A DNA stretch of 24,000 nt. Source: Clostridia bacterium (GTDB lineage Bacteria > Bacillota > Clostridia > UBA1381). The DNA lies in contig JBGVIT010000006.1 in assembly GCA_045128915.1 (NCBI GenBank), forward strand, positions 81,302-105,301, in the 5' to 3' direction. Shown here one piece after another: positions 22,855 through 24,000 of the stretch (position 1 is its first letter; each line of letters starts with the position of its first letter). Below the pieces are notes generated by a model. The model made no database searches. It saw nothing but the letters and a program-made list of their open reading frames with translations, and had not been told where the DNA came from. The position numbers and the translations under genes were made by a program.

Positions 22855-24000
22855 ATGAGAAATATTAATGCAGGTGTTCAAAGAAACTCCATACAGCCTG
22901 ATGATATAAAAATAGGGGCAGAGCTTGAGTTTTCCTGCTGCGTTCATAAAATAAAAAAAAGAAGCGGCTTTACTTTTGTGACTCTTAGAACCGGAAGGTA
23001 TATTTTCAAATCCGTTCACAATCCCAAATACTGCGAAAAACCTTTAAAAGGTGTATTTGAAGGTGTGTATCTCAATGTAAAATGCTTTGTCAGAGAAGAG
23101 CTGCGCGGAGAAAACGGCATGGAGATTACCATAACAGATTATGAAATAATTTCAAAGCCGGCAGAAAAATACTCAATCCCCGTTTCCGACAGAATTGTTG
23201 ATTTAAGTCCGGAAGAGCTTGCAGAAAACAGATGCCTTTCCTTCAGAAATCCAATGGAGAGGATACCTGCAAGAATATTAGGTGCTGTCATTGAAGGCTT
23301 TTGCGACTTTATGAAAGAAAATCAATTTATGAGGGTGAGAACTCCAATAATAAGCGGTATTACCTTTGAAGAAGAAAAGGACAGTTTTTCTTTTGATTAT
23401 TTTGGTAATAAAGCCTATATATCAGGGGAGGGCAGTATTTACTGTCAGGAATGTGTAGCCTTTTATGACAGAGTGTATGATGTGTGCAAATCTGTCTTTG
23501 CAAAAAAGAGAAACTCTCCAAGACTAATGAGCGAATATACATCGCTGCATTTTGAAGCTGCTTTCATATCAAGCGCTTCGGAGATTATGGAGATAGAAAC
23601 TGCGCTGATAAAATTCATAACGGAGTATGTAAAAAAACAATGCCAACACGAGCTGAATATATGGGGTGTTAACGTTCCTGAGATTACAAGCATACCTGAA
23701 CTAAGCTTTGATGAAGCTATGGATATTCTGAAAAAAACAGAGATACAATACGACCTTGATCCAACTGATGAAAAGCGCATATGTGCATGGGCAAAAGAAA
23801 AATGCGGAAGTGATTTTGTATTCGTAAGCGGTATGCCATGCGAAAAAAGGCCGGTATATGACGAAAGCGGACAGAGTTTTGTTTTGCTTTTTAAAGGTAT
23901 CGAGATAGCCGGCGGCGGAAAAAGAATTCATGATTATAATGCTTTGGTTGAAAAACTCAAAGTTTCAGGAAAAGACTACAAATCATTTACTGACTTTCAT
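22855..24000 (+). CDS. Class IIb aminoacyl-tRNA synthetase paralog (archaeal/eukaryal-type AspRS-like) with divergent active-site motifs; the 3' end lies outside the window
   Basis: Open frame with no stop from ATG 22855 (GAGGA RBS at 22844-22848) to the window end (382 codons). It is missing from the ORF track because it has no stop. It has an N-terminal OB-fold segment (GFTFVTLRTGRYIFKSV), a motif-1 region (RCLSFRNP...FMRVRTPII), DRVYDV and GIEIAGGGKRIH, all collinear with AspRS. The positions of QSPQ and FRAE read GEGS and VFAK. Confidence 0.8.
   Translation, partial: MRNINAGVQRNSIQPDDIKIGAELEFSCCVHKIKKRSGFTFVTLRTGRYIFKSVHNPKYCEKPLKGVFEGVYLNVKCFVREELRGENGMEITITDYEIISKPAEKYSIPVSDRIVDLSPEELAENRCLSFRNPMERIPARILGAVIEGFCDFMKENQFMRVRTPIISGITFEEEKDSFSFDYFGNKAYISGEGSIYCQECVAFYDRVYDVCKSVFAKKRNSPRLMSEYTSLHFEAAFISSASEIMEIETALIKFITEYVKKQCQHELNIWGVNVPEITSIPELSFDEAMDILKKTEIQYDLDPTDEKRICAWAKEKCGSDFVFVSGMPCEKRPVYDESGQSFVLLFKGIEIAGGGKRIHDYNALVEKLKVSGKDYKSFTDFH

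Noticed and set aside
1-24000. Search for CRISPR arrays, IS/transposase or integrase genes, phage remnants, tRNA/rRNA genes, toxin-antitoxin pairs or defence-system signatures.
   Set aside because: None found. Every intergenic gap over 100 nt is accounted for by promoters, terminators or the ilvE leader. There are no direct or inverted repeats longer than ~12 nt, and all large ORFs have clear housekeeping or metabolic identities.

Overview
This 24-kb window is low-GC (my estimate ~40% by eye) and looks like a Bacillota/Clostridia chromosome. That call rests on gene content, RBS style and codon use; the rumen/gut Oscillospiraceae-like flavour is inference only. Gene density is high. I found no rRNA, tRNA, CRISPR or mobile-element signatures. 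From left to right on the + strand: the 3' end of a B12-binding protein, glmS, and an SNF-family Na+ symporter. Next comes a 7-kb operon (leader, ilvE, P-loop NTPase, four-subunit 2-oxoacid:ferredoxin oxidoreductase, XRE-cupin regulator, AMP-forming acyl-CoA synthetase). A convergent minus-strand block follows (parE, parC, citrate synthase, TagA-family glycosyltransferase). Back on the + strand are a Cys-rich YkgJ-like protein, a VanW-domain protein, gatCAB, and an AspRS-like gene that runs off the window. Most of this is housekeeping. Three things deserve a second look. (1) An isoleucine-codon-rich 39-codon leader ORF sits upstream of ilvE with mutually exclusive antiterminator/terminator hairpins, which looks like ribosome-mediated attenuation rather than the T-box usual in this phylum. 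(2) The operon it controls encodes every step needed to turn branched-chain fatty acids into branched-chain amino acids by reductive carboxylation. (3) The class-IIb aminoacyl-tRNA-synthetase paralog coupled to gatCAB has replaced its hallmark catalytic motifs (FRAE, QSPQ). All coordinates and motifs were read by eye from the sequence; no database search was possible.
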